A DNA stretch of 64,000 nucleotides, taken from NCBI GenBank assembly GCA_002269645.1, contig NIVC01000342.1, positions 186,001-250,000 of the forward strand. Direction: 5' to 3'. Of this stretch, positions 32,200 to 45,321 are shown one piece after another. The position numbers and the translations under genes are program-made. The notes under the pieces are model-generated. The model had not been told where the DNA came from, searched no databases, and saw only the letters and a program-made list of their open reading frames with translations. The stretch is from Macrostomum lignano (taxonomy: Eukaryota). Numbering within the stretch: position 1 is the first letter of the stretch; every line of letters begins with the position of its first letter.

Positions 32200-32488
32200 G
32201 CTAGACTAGCTAATCACGGATATCGGCTGCCATTAAGGCAGCATCAGCAGCCATTGTTGCAGTTGGATTTGCAGCAGCAGCTGCAGCATTTGAACTGGGG
32301 TGAATCTACTCAGCCTCGGCGACTCAAATGGGACTACGGCGCCGATTTGGGCGGTCGGCGGCCCGTTAGCGCCGCATTGGCGCCTCCGCCTAGGACAACG
32401 ACGGCTGGTCCGGGATCGGGATTCCTGAGCAGTCCGAGTCCCGAATATGAGGGTGCTCGCAACTTAGCTGCTGCTGGCAGAACTTCCG
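32200..32488 (+). CDS. ALMS1-like protein, internal exon (contains RRLKWDYGADLG)
   Basis: ttgcag acceptor and G|gtgcgt donor, 289 nt, phase 0/1, consistent with both neighbouring exons. Confidence 0.72.
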
Positions 32489-32529
32489 GTGCGTGCCTGT
32501 GTCGGTTTAAGGGCTCGATTATGTTTTTG

Positions 32530-33065
32530 CTGCTAGGGTATTTCCCATGACGCTTTAGTTGCTAGGGTATTTCCCATGACGCTTTAGTTGCTAGGGTATT
32601 TCCATGACACTTTAGTTGCTAGGGTATTTCCATGACACTTTAGTTGCTAGGGTATTTCCCATGACGCTTTAGTTGCTAGGGTATTTCCCATGACGCTTTA
32701 GTTGCTAGGGTATTTCCCATGACACTTTAGTTGCTAGGGTATTTCCCATGACGCTTTAGTTGCTAGGGTATTTCCCATGACGCTTTAGTTGCTAGGGTAT
32801 TTCCCATGACGCTTTAGTTGCTAGGGTATTTCCCATGACACTTTAGTTGCTAGGGTATTTCCCATGACGCTTTAGTTGCTAGGGTATTTCCCATGACGCT
32901 TTAGTTGCTAGGGTATTTCCCATGACGCTTTAGTTGCTAGGGTATTTCCCATGACGCTTTAGTTGCTAGGGTATTTCCATGACGCTTTAGTTGCTAGGGT
33001 ATTTCCCATGACGCTTTAGTTGCTAGGGTATTTCCCATGACGCTTTAGTTGCTAGGGCATTTCCT
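32530..33065. repeat. 29-bp minisatellite (GACGCTTTAGTTGCTAGGGTATTTCCCAT)n, intronic
   Basis: Tandem periodicity. Confidence 0.97.
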
Positions 33066-33234
33066 ATGAGGCTATGAAGGTATTTTTCTTGATGCTGAAG
33101 TTACTTAATACTCGTAGATTTCCTAACACGCTTCATTTGCTTTCGGTTGATTGTGACTTAGAGATATCTGGAGATATCAGAGATGACGAGGAATAAGTGG
33201 AACTAAAGTACACCGCGCACTGTAAACTCTGCAG

Positions 33235-34607
33235 CCGGCTGGAGGAAACTCGGCGATGCAGAGCCGGATTCGGCCAGATGGGAGGAGGACGCAGTGGCAG
33301 CAGCGGCGGCGCCGGACTCGGCCAGGTCGCAGGACACCAGCGCCGACACTCGTGAGTCGACGCATCCGGGCTCGGACGACGCTCGGCCGCCGGGCTTCCC
33401 GGCCGAAGCTTTCGGTAGTCGCCGCTCGCCGCGAGGCAAATCCGCCACTGGCGCAGCCTCCGCTACTACAGCCAGAGCCAAAAGCTTGTTGTACGCCCGG
33501 AGTCCCCGCGATCCGCCGCCGCCTGAAGGCCTTCAAGCGGCCTGGGAACGGTTCCATCGGCAGGGCAGGCGGTCGGAGCTGCGCCGCCTTCGCCGCGTGC
33601 TGGCCGACCCTGTGCAGGCGCTGCTGCTGGACGTCCCCGATCGAGCAGTCGACTGGCCGCCGCAGGATTCGGCTGTCGCAGGCTTCGACGTTGACGACGA
33701 CTCAGAGGTCGAAGTCGGCAGCTGCGGCGGCGGTGGTAGCGGCGTCGACGCGACGACAGCCGAGCTGCAGGCTGCGCTGCTCCGCCAGCGGGCTCGACTG
33801 CTGGAGGCGGTGGCCGCCGAACGGCGTCGCCGGGAACGAGTCGAAATTCTGCGCCGACTAATTCAACAGAGGCGTCTGGCCCAGTCTGTAGTTGCTATGG
33901 AAAGGACAGATTCGGAAGACGATCGCGAGGACACAACCGTTATTGATGACGCTTTGTCTACCGATCGCACAGACGCTACGCAGTCTCTCGACGAAATGAC
34001 GCTTCCGCACTGCGCTGCCAGGGCCGCCGCTGCCATTGATAAAACCGTCGCTAAGGACGCTGTTGCTAAGGCAAAAGCAATCGACGGCGTCAGCTATAAG
34101 CTGAACGGTTCGAGAAGCCAAGCTAAGAAAGAGACTGCTAGTAACGGATCCTCCAAAGTGAAAAAGGTCTCGGTTGCTAAGGACGCTAATCTGGCTTCTA
34201 CGGTTGCCGATGACAACGCTGTTGCTGCCAAGCCGCTTAGCTGGTTTCTGCCGCTGTCTAACAGCGCCGACGCGGCCGAGAACTCGGCGGCTTGTCGACG
34301 TCAACAGCGGGCAGCGGTGCTGGCCGCCAGAAGCCGCTCCCGCCGCGATCGACTGCAGTCGGCGGCCGCAGCTCGGCAGGCCGTCGCCGATGCCGAGCTT
34401 CGCCTTCCGACGCCGCCGCTGACGCAGCCGCAACCGCCGCCGCGAACTGGGTCAGGCCGAGCGCATACGTCGTCGGTGTCGGCCACTGTCGCCGCCCGCC
34501 TGGAGCGGGAGCGCAGAGAAGCCGTCAAGAGGACCAACCGGTTGCGGAAGCAGATCTACGGCGAACGGCTGCTCCGGTCAGTGCTCAGCCGAGCCGCTGA
34601 GCATTGA
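33235..34607 (+). CDS. ALMS1: ALMS1-like protein, last exon with ALMS-motif-like C-terminus
   Basis: ctgcag acceptor in phase 1. WERF...LRRLRRVLADPVQALL resembles ALMS1 LDRLAKILQNPITHSL; SWFLPL resembles SWFVPV; RREAVKRTNRLRKQIYGERLLRSVLSR resembles KRKSEYKSYRLRAQLYKKRVTNQLLGR. Recognised from memory, not searched. Confidence 0.7.
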
Positions 34608-34907
34608 AGTTCTTTTTTAGATAGCAAGAGACTTTATAAACTACTCGTATAAGTAGTAGAACACGCTGCTTGCTGTTTTATTAGTGATATTAGATCTTTG
34701 GAAAAATCAACCGCAGCTCAAAGGCTTATCATAATAGATTTCTAGTATTATGGATTAAAATTGAGTTTAATATAGGCATTTTGCTTGAACTTTTTTGCCG
34801 AAATTTACACCTGTATTTTTGTTATATTATCGATTTTTCTGGTGCACTGTAGCATAAAAAATTATTTTTACTCTTTAGAAGTGCTCTCTGTGTGATTCTA
34901 GATTTAC

Positions 34908-37750
34908 TGGGTGTGTGGAACAGGTGTGAGATTGTTGAGTACTGGTGTGTGTGGAACAGGTGTGAGATTGTTGAGTACTGGTGTGTGGAACAGGTGTGAG
35001 ATTGTTGAGTACTGGTGTGTGGAACAGGTGTGAGATTGTTGAGTACTTGTGTGTGTAGAACAGGTGTGAGATTGTTGAGTACTGGTGTGTGTGGAACAGG
35101 TGTGAGATTGTTGAGTACTGGTGTGTGGAACAGGTGTGAGATTGTTGAGTACTGGTGTGTGTGGAACAGGTGTGAGATTGTTGAGTACTGGTGTGTGGAA
35201 CAGGTGTGAGATTGTTGAGTACTGGTGTGTGTGGAACAGGTGTGAGATTGTTGAGTACTGGTGTGTGGAACAGGTGTGAGATTGTTGAGTACTGGTGTGT
35301 GTGGAACAGGTGTGAGATTGTTGAGTACTGGTGTGTGTGGAACAGGTGTGAGATTGTTGAGTACTGGTGTGTGGAACAGGTGTGAGATTGTTGAGTACTG
35401 GTGTGTGTGGAACAGGTGTGAGATTGTTGAGTACTGGTGTGTGTGGAACAGGTGTGAGATTGTTGAGTACTGGTGTGTGTGGAATAGGTGTGAGATTGTT
35501 GAGTACTGGTGTGTAGAACAGGTGTGAGATTGTTGAGTACTGGTGTGTGGAACAGGTGTGAGATTGTTGAGTACTGGTGTGTAGAACAGGTGTGAGATTG
35601 TTGAGTACTGGTGTGTGGAACAGGTGTGAGATTGTTGAGTACTGGTGTGTGGAACAGGTGTGAGATTGTTGAGTACTGGTGTGTGGAACAGGTGTGAGAT
35701 TGTTGAGTACTGGTGTGTGGAACAGGTGTGAGATTGTTGAGTACTTGTGTGTGTGGAACAGGTGTGAGATTGTTGAGTACTGGTGTGTGGAACAGGTGTG
35801 AGATTGTTGAGTACTGGTGTGTGTGGAATAGGTGTGAGATTGTTGAGTACTTGTGTGTGTGGAACAGGTGTGAGATTGTTGAGTACTGGTGTGTGTGGAA
35901 CAGGTGTGAGATTGTTGAGTACTGGTGTGTGGAACAGGTGTGAGATTGTTGAGTACTTGTGTGTGTGGAACAGGTGTGAGATTGTTGAGTACTGGTGTGT
36001 AGAACAGGTGTGAGATTGTTGAGTACTGGTGTGTAGAACAGGTGTGAGATTGTTGAGTACTGGTGTGTGGAACAGGTGTGAGATTGTTGAGTACTGGTGT
36101 GTGGAACAGGTGTGAGATTGTTGAGTACTGGTGTGTAGAACAGGTGTGAGATTGTTGAGTACTTGTGTGTGTGGAACAGGTGTGAGATTGTTGAGTACTG
36201 GTGTGTGTGGAACAGGTGTGAGATTGTTGAGTACTGGTGTGTGGAACAGGTGTGAGATTGTTGAGTACTTGTGTGTGTGGAACAGGTGTGAGATTGTTGA
36301 GTACTGGTGTGTGTGGAACAGGTGTGAGATTGTTGAGTACTGGTGTGTGTGGAACAGGTGTGAGATTGTTGAGTACTGGTGTGTGTGGAACAGGTGTGAG
36401 ATTGTTGAGTACTGGTGTGTGGAACAGGTGTGAGATTGTTGAGTACTGGTGTGTGTGGAACAGGTGTGAGATTGTTGAGTACTGGTGTGTGTGGAACAGG
36501 TGTGAGATTGTTGAGTACTGGTGTGTGGAACAGGTGTGAGATTGTTGAGTACTTGTGTGTGTGGAACAGGTGTGAGATTGTTGAGTACTTGTGTGTGTGG
36601 AACAGGTGTGAGATTGTTGAGTACTTGTGTGTGTGGAACAGGTGTGAGATTGTTGAGTACTGGTGTGTGGAACAGGTGTGAGATTGTTGAGTACTGGTGT
36701 GTGGAACAGGTGTGAGATTGTTGAGTACTTGTGTGTGTGGAACAGGTGTGAGATTGTTGAGTACTGGTGTGTGGAACAGGTGTGAGATTGTTGAGTACTG
36801 GTGTGTGTGGAACAGGTGTGAGATTGTTGAGTACTGGTGTGTGGAACAGGTGTGAGATTGTTGAGTACTGTGTGTGGAACAGGTGTGAGATTGTTGAGTA
36901 CTGGTGTGTGGAACAGGTTTGAGATTGTTGAGTACTTGTGTGTGTGGAACAGGTGTGAGATTGTTGAGTACTGGTGTGTGGAACAGGTGTGAGATTGTTG
37001 AGTACTTGTGTGTGTGGAACAGGTGTGAGATTGTTGAGTACACTTGTGTGGAACAGGTGTGAGATTGTTGAGTACTTGTGTGTGTGGAACAGGTGTGAGA
37101 TTGTTGAGTACTGGTGTGTGGAACAGGTGTGAGATTGTTGAGTACTTGTGTGTGTGGAACAGGTGTGAGATTGTTGAGTACTGGTGTGTGTGGAACAGGT
37201 GTGAGATTGTTGAGTACTGGTGTGTGGAACAGGTGTGAGATTGTTGAGTACTGGTGTGTGTGGAACAGGTGTGAGATTGTTGAGTACTGGTGTGTGTGGA
37301 ACAGGTTTGAGATTGTTGAGTACTTGTGTGTGTGGAACAGGTGTGAGATTGTTGAGTACTGGTGTGTGGAACAGGTGTGAGATTGTTGAGTACTTGTGTG
37401 TGTGGAACAGGTGTGAGATTGTTGAGTACACTTGTGTGGAACAGGTGTGAGATTGTTGAGTACTTGTGTGTGTGGAACAGGTGTGAGATTGTTGAGTACT
37501 GGTGTGTGGAACAGGTGTGAGATTGTTGAGTACTTGTGTGTGTGGAACAGGTGTGAGATTGTTGAGTACTGGTGTGTGTGGAACAGGTGTGAGATTGTTG
37601 AGTACTGGTGTGTGTGGAACAGGTGTGAGATTGTTGAGTACTGGTGTGTGTGGAACAGGTGTGAGATTGTTGAGTACTGGTGTGTGTGGAACAGGTGTGA
37701 GATTGTTGAGTACTGGTGTGTGTGGAACAGGTGTGAGATTGTTGAGTACT
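34908..37750. repeat. 34/36-bp satellite (GGTGTGTG[TG]GAACAGGTGTGAGATTGTTGAGTACT)n, ~2.85 kb
   Basis: Tandem periodicity with GT dinucleotide length polymorphism. It explains all ORFs at 34822-37782. Confidence 0.98.
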
Positions 37751-38209
37751 TGAGTGTAAAAAATCAGGCATTTTGAGTACAATGAATATACATCATTTCT
37801 GTACTTACTATTTTAATTTGCAATAACTAAACTACTATATATATTTTTCTCTTATTCCTGGCGCTCCATAGTTTTGAAACCCAAGCCATTCTTAACCAAC
37901 ACTGCGTTACCCTTCCAGAATGCGAAATAGGCTAACACTGCAGGGCAGATTTTACAAGTCGTTATAAATTTACATCGCTACATACGAGTATATTTATTAG
38001 TTATATTTGTACACTCGAACATTCGCACAAGCATTCACAATCATTAGTTTCCTTACAAGAACAAGAGTGAGCAACGTTATTCTTTTAACAAATTTAACAA
38101 ATGTTATCATTTCTGTATACCTGTTATTTTTCCTAATTATAAATAGTGCTTTCTTTGTTGCTTTATTTAATAGATGTGCTTTATTATCTTCTGTTGTGAG
38201 AGAATCCCA

Positions 38210-38947
38210 CTCCTTGACAATCTCCTTCCCTGACAATCTCCTTCCCTGACAATCTCCTTCCCTGACAATCTACCTTACCTGACAATCTCCCTACCTGACA
38301 GTCTCCCTGTCTGATAATCTCCCTGTCTGATAATCTCCCTCCTTGACAACCCCTCCACTTGAGAATCGCCCCACCTGAGAATCGCGCCTTGACTCACAAT
38401 CTCTCCGAGAATCCCCATATTTTTGAGAATCGCCTTGCCTAACATTCCGTATCTGAGAATGGCAGCCCCCGAGAATCGCTCTACCTGAGAATGGCCCCAC
38501 CTGAGAATCGCCCCACCTGAGAATCGCCCACCCACCTAAGAATCGCCCCATCTGAGAATCGCCCACCCCATCTAAGAATCGCCCCATCTGAGAATCGCCC
38601 CCCCCATCTAAGAATCGCCCACCCACCTGAGAATCGCCCCATCTGAGAATCGCCCACCCACCTGAGAATCGCCCACCCACCTGAGAATCGCCCACCCACC
38701 TGAGAATCGCCCACCCACCTGAGAATCGCCCACCCACCTGAGAATCGCCCCATCTGAGAATCGCCCACCCACCTGAGAATCGCCCACCCACCTGAGAATC
38801 GCCCCATCTGAGAATCGCCCACCCCATCTGAGAATCGCGCCTTGACTCACAATCTCCCCAAGAATCGCCATATTTTTGAGAATCGCCTTGCCTAACACTT
38901 CGTATCTGAGAATGGCAGCCCCCGAGAATCGCTCTACCTGAGAATGG
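38210..38947. repeat. 16-20-bp repeat (CTGAGAATCGCCCCAC variants) bracketed by a duplicated ~125-bp block
   Basis: Tandem periodicity; ~38365-38490 is repeated at ~38825-38947. Confidence 0.88.
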
Positions 38948-40807
38948 CCCTGATGCAGCGCAAGGAAGCGCCTTTAAATATTGAAGTCAATTTGCGTTTT
39001 TTGGAATTGCAGCCTCTGTCTACTCTAAAGCACTGTGCTTGGCGCACCTCGCTTTTTAAAAATCTAATTGAGTTGCTCAGCCCGCAGGGTGCAAGGTCTC
39101 AGCTCGCTCGTATGCAAGAGCAACACAACACGAATAGTATTTTGCTTGCATTTTCCGTCACGTTTCCTACCTAAACTTCTGCTTATAACCGTCCTTTATA
39201 CTTTATTTCTTTCTACCTTTATAATTATAAATACGCTAATTTTCTTGTATAGCTACAATTTTATGTGCATATATTTCTCCTGTAAGCTTTTAATTATTCA
39301 TAGGTCGTGCAATTGGCGGCAAATTTACTTTTAATCTCAGTGTACATTTAAACATCTAAATATAACTGTGATTTGAAAGAAAATAACCCTCGTGTTTTTA
39401 TTTGGGGCTTGCTTGAGTTGGGCTATCAGCCTGATGCAATTTGGCATGCATGACAGGTCCGCCAGTGTTTGGTTATTTATTATAATGGAGTCTGCCTTAA
39501 TGAGCTATTTCATCGATGAAATTACTTGTCGATTGGGCAATGCTTATGCTTAGTTTACGTTAGTAACCTTTCGTTCTACGAGTGCGACAGTGTCTAGGAA
39601 TATTATTTGATTTTCTGCATTCAACATGCGCAGATTTTGCAACTTGTTTTGCGTAGGCAAACAATTAAAAATTAACAGAATCTCGGTTTCAATTTGGTTT
39701 GATACAAGAGAAATTAGTACATTTACAAGTTGCCAGAATTTTTAGAAAATTCCATTTTAAAACTTGTTTTAAGTGTAACTCGTGCGCACTGCGCAGCTAA
39801 AGTAGCTCGTAATACTTCTTTTGAATTGAATTCAACGCAAATGGCTTTTATATATTACTAGCTACAGTACTACACTGCTGCTTGATTGGCTGTGCTCATC
39901 AAGTATTAAATATATTTAGTCGGCACGGTCTTTTCTTGGCCATTTGCATTTTTGGCTACAGCCTGTGAAGCACGAGCTGCTGGCTACTTTAACAGCAGCA
40001 TGCAGCAGTAGAGGTAGAGAAAGAGATAGAGAAGGCATTACTCGGAGTCCTCGGACCCATTGGCGTGGTGTGGAGGTGAGTCACTGAGTCGAGAAAGGTG
40101 CACCGTACCGTCTCCCTCCCTCCCTGTCCATACCATACCATTGCTTTAACATAAAACTACTATATTCACCCCTAACATTTAAATTGAAAGGGCCCTACAC
40201 CTACAAGCCAACCCCCTACGGGCCACGGCGCCGTCGTAAAGTGAACAGGTTTTATTGATCGTCGCAGCACACTGCTACTTGCCCTAAAAAACAGTACGGG
40301 GGCGCCTATGGGGGGTAGGTGGGGGTTTGGAGGGTTTCATCACCGCTTGGCGGGGTTGTCTGTCTGTCCCACCCGCTCTTATCTTCTCTCCAAAGAACAG
40401 CCGGCCCGCGTACATTCAAACCCCCACCCCTTTCAACTCTCCGCGATTGCAAATGTGGGGGGCGTGCGGGCTGCCTAATAAAATTTGTTTTGCCCTGGGT
40501 GGAGTGAGGAATATCGGACTTAGCTCTACGGAGAGAGCAAGAAAGAGCTTCTCTTTTCTTCACCCGATTGCTTTAGTAGTTTTTTGCCACCACCCTGTCG
40601 CGGCCGTCCGTCTTCTCAGTTTGTTTGTTGTTTGGCCAGTCTCTTCCTGCCCTTGACAGGAAAGCAACCTGTATACGAGCCGTATATATAGTCTACTAGA
40701 CTAGACCAAAGAATAAGACAAATCTACCCCATCCTGGCCATCCACGGTGCTCGATTTCCACAATATACGGCTGCACAGCGGAATCGTCTAATTTTAAAGC
40801 CTAGATC

Positions 40808-41131
40808 ATGTCACGCCCCCAGTTCACTCAGTCCGTACTGCTTGACGCCGACGAAAACATAGCCGACTTGCTTAGGAAATTCCCCGACCTGGGCAAAGAT
40901 GGCGGCACAGTTAGCAAGGATGAACTGCGCGACGCTCTCGACGCTATGGGCGCCAAAGTGTCCGGTTTCCAGCTGCGAGACCTGCTGAACGATCTAATGC
41001 CAACCAAGACTTCGTTCGATAAGGATGCGCTGGTCACGCTGTATTGCCAGGTGAAAATGAAGCAGCCCGATCGAGATGTCAAAGATTCTATGAAGAAGCT
41101 GCATAATCCCGAGGATAAACAGTCAATGAAG
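40808..41131 (+). CDS. PLS: Plastin/fimbrin exon 1 (EF-hand headpiece)
   Basis: ATG start, EF-hand-like DLGKDGGTVSKDEL, AAG|gtgagc donor in phase 0. Confidence 0.85.
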
Positions 41132-41624
41132 GTGAGCTTCAGCTACAAATATATTTTGTTAAAAATTAAAACCTTTTTTCTTTCGTTTTTAATTTTAGTA
41201 CTTTTTAGCACTAATATGCAAAAATGTACTCTCTCTTTTTTGCTAATGATCATAATTTAATAATTAAGCAGTTAAATTTCAAACAAATTTCAGTTGATAT
41301 TTAGATGATCATGATCATATCTTAGATTGATTTTGTTAAGTCAAAAGAAAAGATTTGATCATTAAATAGAAAATATTTTCTATTTTATACTACTAAAAGT
41401 AGAGTAATTCATTAGAAAAGAAAGTATAGTTTTAATGATTTTTATCTGTTAATTTTATATATTACCTATACCTATTAGGCCATGGTAAAGCTAATTGTTT
41501 ATAATATATAAACCATCATTAATTTAAATGTTGACAAAATTAAGTTTAAATGTTGATATGTTGCTTATCTTATACATTACCTCACTCTTATTTTATGATC
41601 TTGTTCCTAGTGTCATTTACCAGA

Positions 41625-42457
41625 AGGACCTGGGGTAGTGACCAAGGACCTGTGGTAGTGACCAAGGACCTGTGGTAGTGACCATGACCAAGGACATGAG
41701 GTAGCAGCCAGAGGACCTAGGGTAGTGACTAAGGACCTGGGGACCTGAGGTAGTGGCCAAACAACCTGGGGTAGTGTCCAAGGACCTGGGATATTGATAA
41801 ACGACCTGGGGTAGTGACCTAGGACCTGGGATAGTGATAAAGGACCTTGGGTAGTGGGGTAGTTACAAGGACCTGAGGTAGCAGCCAGAGGACCTGGGGT
41901 AGTGGCAAGGACCTGAGGTAGCAGCCAGAGGACCTGGGGTAGTGGCAAGGACCTAGGAAGTGACCAAGGACCCGGGGTAGCAGCCAGAGGACCTGGGTAG
42001 TGACCAAGGACCTGAGGTAGCAGCCAGAGGACCTGGGGTAGTGGCAAGGACCTAGGAAGTGACCAAGGACCCGGGGTAGCAGCCAGAGGACCTGGGTAGT
42101 GACCAAGGACCTGGGGTAGCAGCCAGAGGACCTGGGTAGTGACCAAGGACCCGGGGTAGCAGCCAGAGGACCTGGGTAGTGACCAAGGACCTGAGGTAGC
42201 AGCCAGAGGACCTGGGGTAGTGGCAAGGACCTGAGGTAGCAGCCAGAGGACCTGGGGTAGTGGCAAGGACCTAGGAAGTGACCAAGGACCCGGGGTAGCA
42301 GCCAGAGGACCTGGGTAGTGACCAAGGACCTGGGGTAGCAGCCAGAGGACCTGGGTAGTGACCAAGGACCTGGGGTAGTGACCAAGGACCTGGGGTAGTG
42401 ACCAAGGACCTGGGGTAGTGACCAAGGACCTGAGGTAGCAGCCAGAGGACCTGGGAT
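41625..42457. repeat. 20/21-bp minisatellite (GGACCTGGGGTAGTGACCAA / GGACCTGAGGTAGCAGCCAGA), intronic
   Basis: Tandem periodicity with higher-order alternation. Confidence 0.95.
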
Positions 42458-43529
42458 AGCTAAAGCTTAGCACTGAATGCTGCATGTAAAATAGCGACTA
42501 GTTGCATCTTCCAAGTCGAAAGCTGAAGACTCAAAAAGTCCTTTTTTAATTGTTTTATTCGAATAATGCAAAAGATCGACGCCACGCATTCCAATTCAAA
42601 ATTGGGTATCTGAGAAACAAAAGCAAAGCGGTTAAAGCATGCTTTGAGAAGGGGCCAACAATAAATTGCGCACCTAAGAGCTGTTCTGATTCGGCTCGGA
42701 ATTCGAACAACAGAGAACGAGCTCTCTGCTCAACTCGCCAATGCACATACGTTGAGATCGTTTTCACTTTCGAGTCTTGAGTCACTCCTTTCCAAATACT
42801 ATCATACATGAGTATGTCATAATCTCCGCTTACTAAGATTGATATTCGCAAATGCGATGAAGGGTAACTTAATTGTGCGCGTACTCTTTATAGCCTCGAT
42901 ATATACTCTCGTAATTGGCGTGAAATTTTTATTAATCTTACAGAGAAATCTCTTTCTCTCTATAGCTACAGCTATACTCGTACAGCGCATGGGTGGACTG
43001 CAGCCTGCAGGCACTGAATGCAATGCCAGCTTATACATAGTATAAATAATAAGAGCTAGAATTCAACAACTGAGGCTACACAGGGCTTGTTCCCCGTGTG
43101 TGTGTGTGTGTATATATATATACGAGGTAATATCTTATCGCTGCGCGAAGTTCATCGCTCATTAATAAGAGGCAGGCAAGGCATCAAGCAAGTCAAGCCA
43201 GCTAGTAACTAAATAGTATTATACAAATCGGACTGAAATGACCTCTGTGCAGGACTATTTGCAGGCTCATGGTCGAAGGCGATCGTCTTTTAATCATGGC
43301 GATTTGCAGGTAACCATATGAAACTCTGAGCTCTACTAGGTATACTACGAGTATTATTAGACTTATTTTGGTATTCAATAGCTTTAATGCTGTTATTAAA
43401 ATTATCTGCAATAACAAACAATATTCAGTTAGAATTTAATATGTTTGATCTCTATAGTTTCTTTTCTATGATGCGTTTTACACCTTTACCCTTCAATACT
43501 TTTCTGTAGTATTGGACTTAGACATTCGG

Positions 43530-44160
43530 AGACACGAACCTCAGGGCCTCAGGGATGTGCTATCAGGCCTTTGGAGACACGAACCTCAGAGCCTCAGGGG
43601 TGCGCTATCAGCCCTTCAGAGACACGAACCTCAGAGCCTCAGGGATGCGCTATCAGCCCTTCAGAGACACGAACCTCAGAGCCTCAGGGATGCGCTATCA
43701 GCCCTTCAGAGACACGAACCTCGGAGCCTCAGGGATGCGCTATCAGCCCTCAGAGACACGAACCTCAGAGCCTCAGGGATGCGCTATCAGGCCTTCAGAG
43801 ACACGAACCTCAGGGCCTCAGGGATGCGCTATCAGCCCTTCAGAGACACGAACCTCAGGGCCTCAGGGATGCGCTATCAGCCCTTCAGAGACACGAACCT
43901 CAGGGCCTCAGGGATGCGCTATCAGCCCTTCAGAGACACGAACCTCAGGGCCTCAGGGATGCGCTATCAGTCATTTAGAGACTCTAACCCCAAGGCCTCA
44001 GGGATGCGCTATCAGTCATTTAGAGACTCTAACCCCAAGGCCTCAGGGATGCGCTATCAGTCATTTAGAGACTCTAACCCCAAGGCCTCAGGGATGCTCT
44101 ATCAGTCATTCAGAGACTAACCCCAAGTCCTCAGGGATGCGCTATAAGCCCTTAAGAGGC
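43530..44160. repeat. 45-bp minisatellite (GAGACACGAACCTCAGAGCCTCAGGGATGCGCTATCAGCCCTTCA)n, intronic
   Basis: Tandem periodicity. Confidence 0.95.
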
Positions 44161-44721
44161 AAACCCTAGCATTGAATGCAGTTTGGATTGAAGCAATCTG
44201 AAGAGAAAATTGCAACAGATAGGCTTGGCTATAGTTCCTACAGTGGGTTCACGTGTTTGTAATTGTGCGAGCGTTAGTGCTAAACAGACTTGGCTCATTC
44301 CTGTCCCTCAGTCTAAAGCTGCAGTGGTGCTAAACACACAGGAAATGCAGTCAAGTAAGCATTCGCTCGCATCGAATTATAAAGTTTTAATTTGCAACTT
44401 TCATTTTAAGATTAATAACACAGTTACAATGCAATGCATGCCGGTATTTTATTTTGTTGCGCGTCCTCCGCTTGACCTGAAACACGTGCATGGTCAGTTA
44501 GTCACGTGCGGATTATAAGGCGCTTCGGCTTGGAGTTTTAACTAGAGCGGGATTTTATCAAGTTGAATAAAGCTAAATAAATAAATATTGCAATTGCATG
44601 CCACAGTAACAAACATTTTGAATGCTTGTCCCATACGAAGTTATGTTATGTTTTGCTGAGTTTTCAGTACATTTTTATATTGCTTTAGTCATGCAAACTT
44701 TGACTTTGTGGGAATCGGTAT

Positions 44722-45270
44722 CAGAATTGTGGAATTCAGCATTAGAATTGCGGAGTTCAGAATTAGAATTGTGGAATTCAGCATTAGAATTGCGGAGTTC
44801 AGAATTGGAATTGTGGAATTCAGCATTAGAATTGCGGAGTTCAGAATTAGAATTGTGGAATTCAGCATTAGAATTGCGGAGTTCAGAATTAGAATTGTGG
44901 AATTCAGCATTAGAATTGCGGAGTTCAGAATTAGAATTGTGGAATTCAGCATTAGAATTGCGGAGTTCAGAATTAGAATTGTGGAATTCAGCATTAGAAT
45001 TGCGGAGTTCAGAATTGGAATTGTGGAATTCAGCATTAGAATTGCGGAGTTCAGAATTAGAATTGTGGAATTCAGCATTAGAATTGCGGACTTCAGAATT
45101 AGAATTGTGGAATTCAGCATTAGAATTGCGGAGTTCAGAATTAGAATTGTGGAGTTCAGAATTAGAATTGTGGAATTCAGCATTAGAATTGCGGAGTTCA
45201 GAATTAGAATTGTGGAATTCAGCATTAGAATTGCGGAGTTCAGCATTAGAATTGTGGAATTCAGCATTTC
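44722..45270. repeat. 42-bp (2x21) minisatellite (AGAATTGTGGAATTCAGCATTAGAATTGCGGAGTTCAGAATT)n, intronic
   Basis: Tandem periodicity. Confidence 0.96.
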
Positions 45271-45321
45271 ATTAGAATTGCAAACACTAATAAAACTGAA
45301 ACACTCTAATAATGCGCACAG

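Noticed and set aside
34822-37782. Very long ORFs (986, 955 and 722 aa), and similar repetitive ORFs at 750-1436, 41613-42485, 43512-44169, 44622-45597, 49315-50016, 51379-51923 and 63089-63975
   Set aside because: They are translations of stop-free minisatellites, open in several frames and on both strands, and several lie inside introns of real genes.
40790-40810. Splice acceptors just upstream of the ATG in plastin, ARF and SFT2 as evidence of spliced-leader trans-splicing
   Set aside because: Equally explained by 5' UTR introns. A good donor (GAG|gtgagt) exists near 40076, and the snoRNAs upstream of ARF favour cis introns. It needs SL-containing reads.
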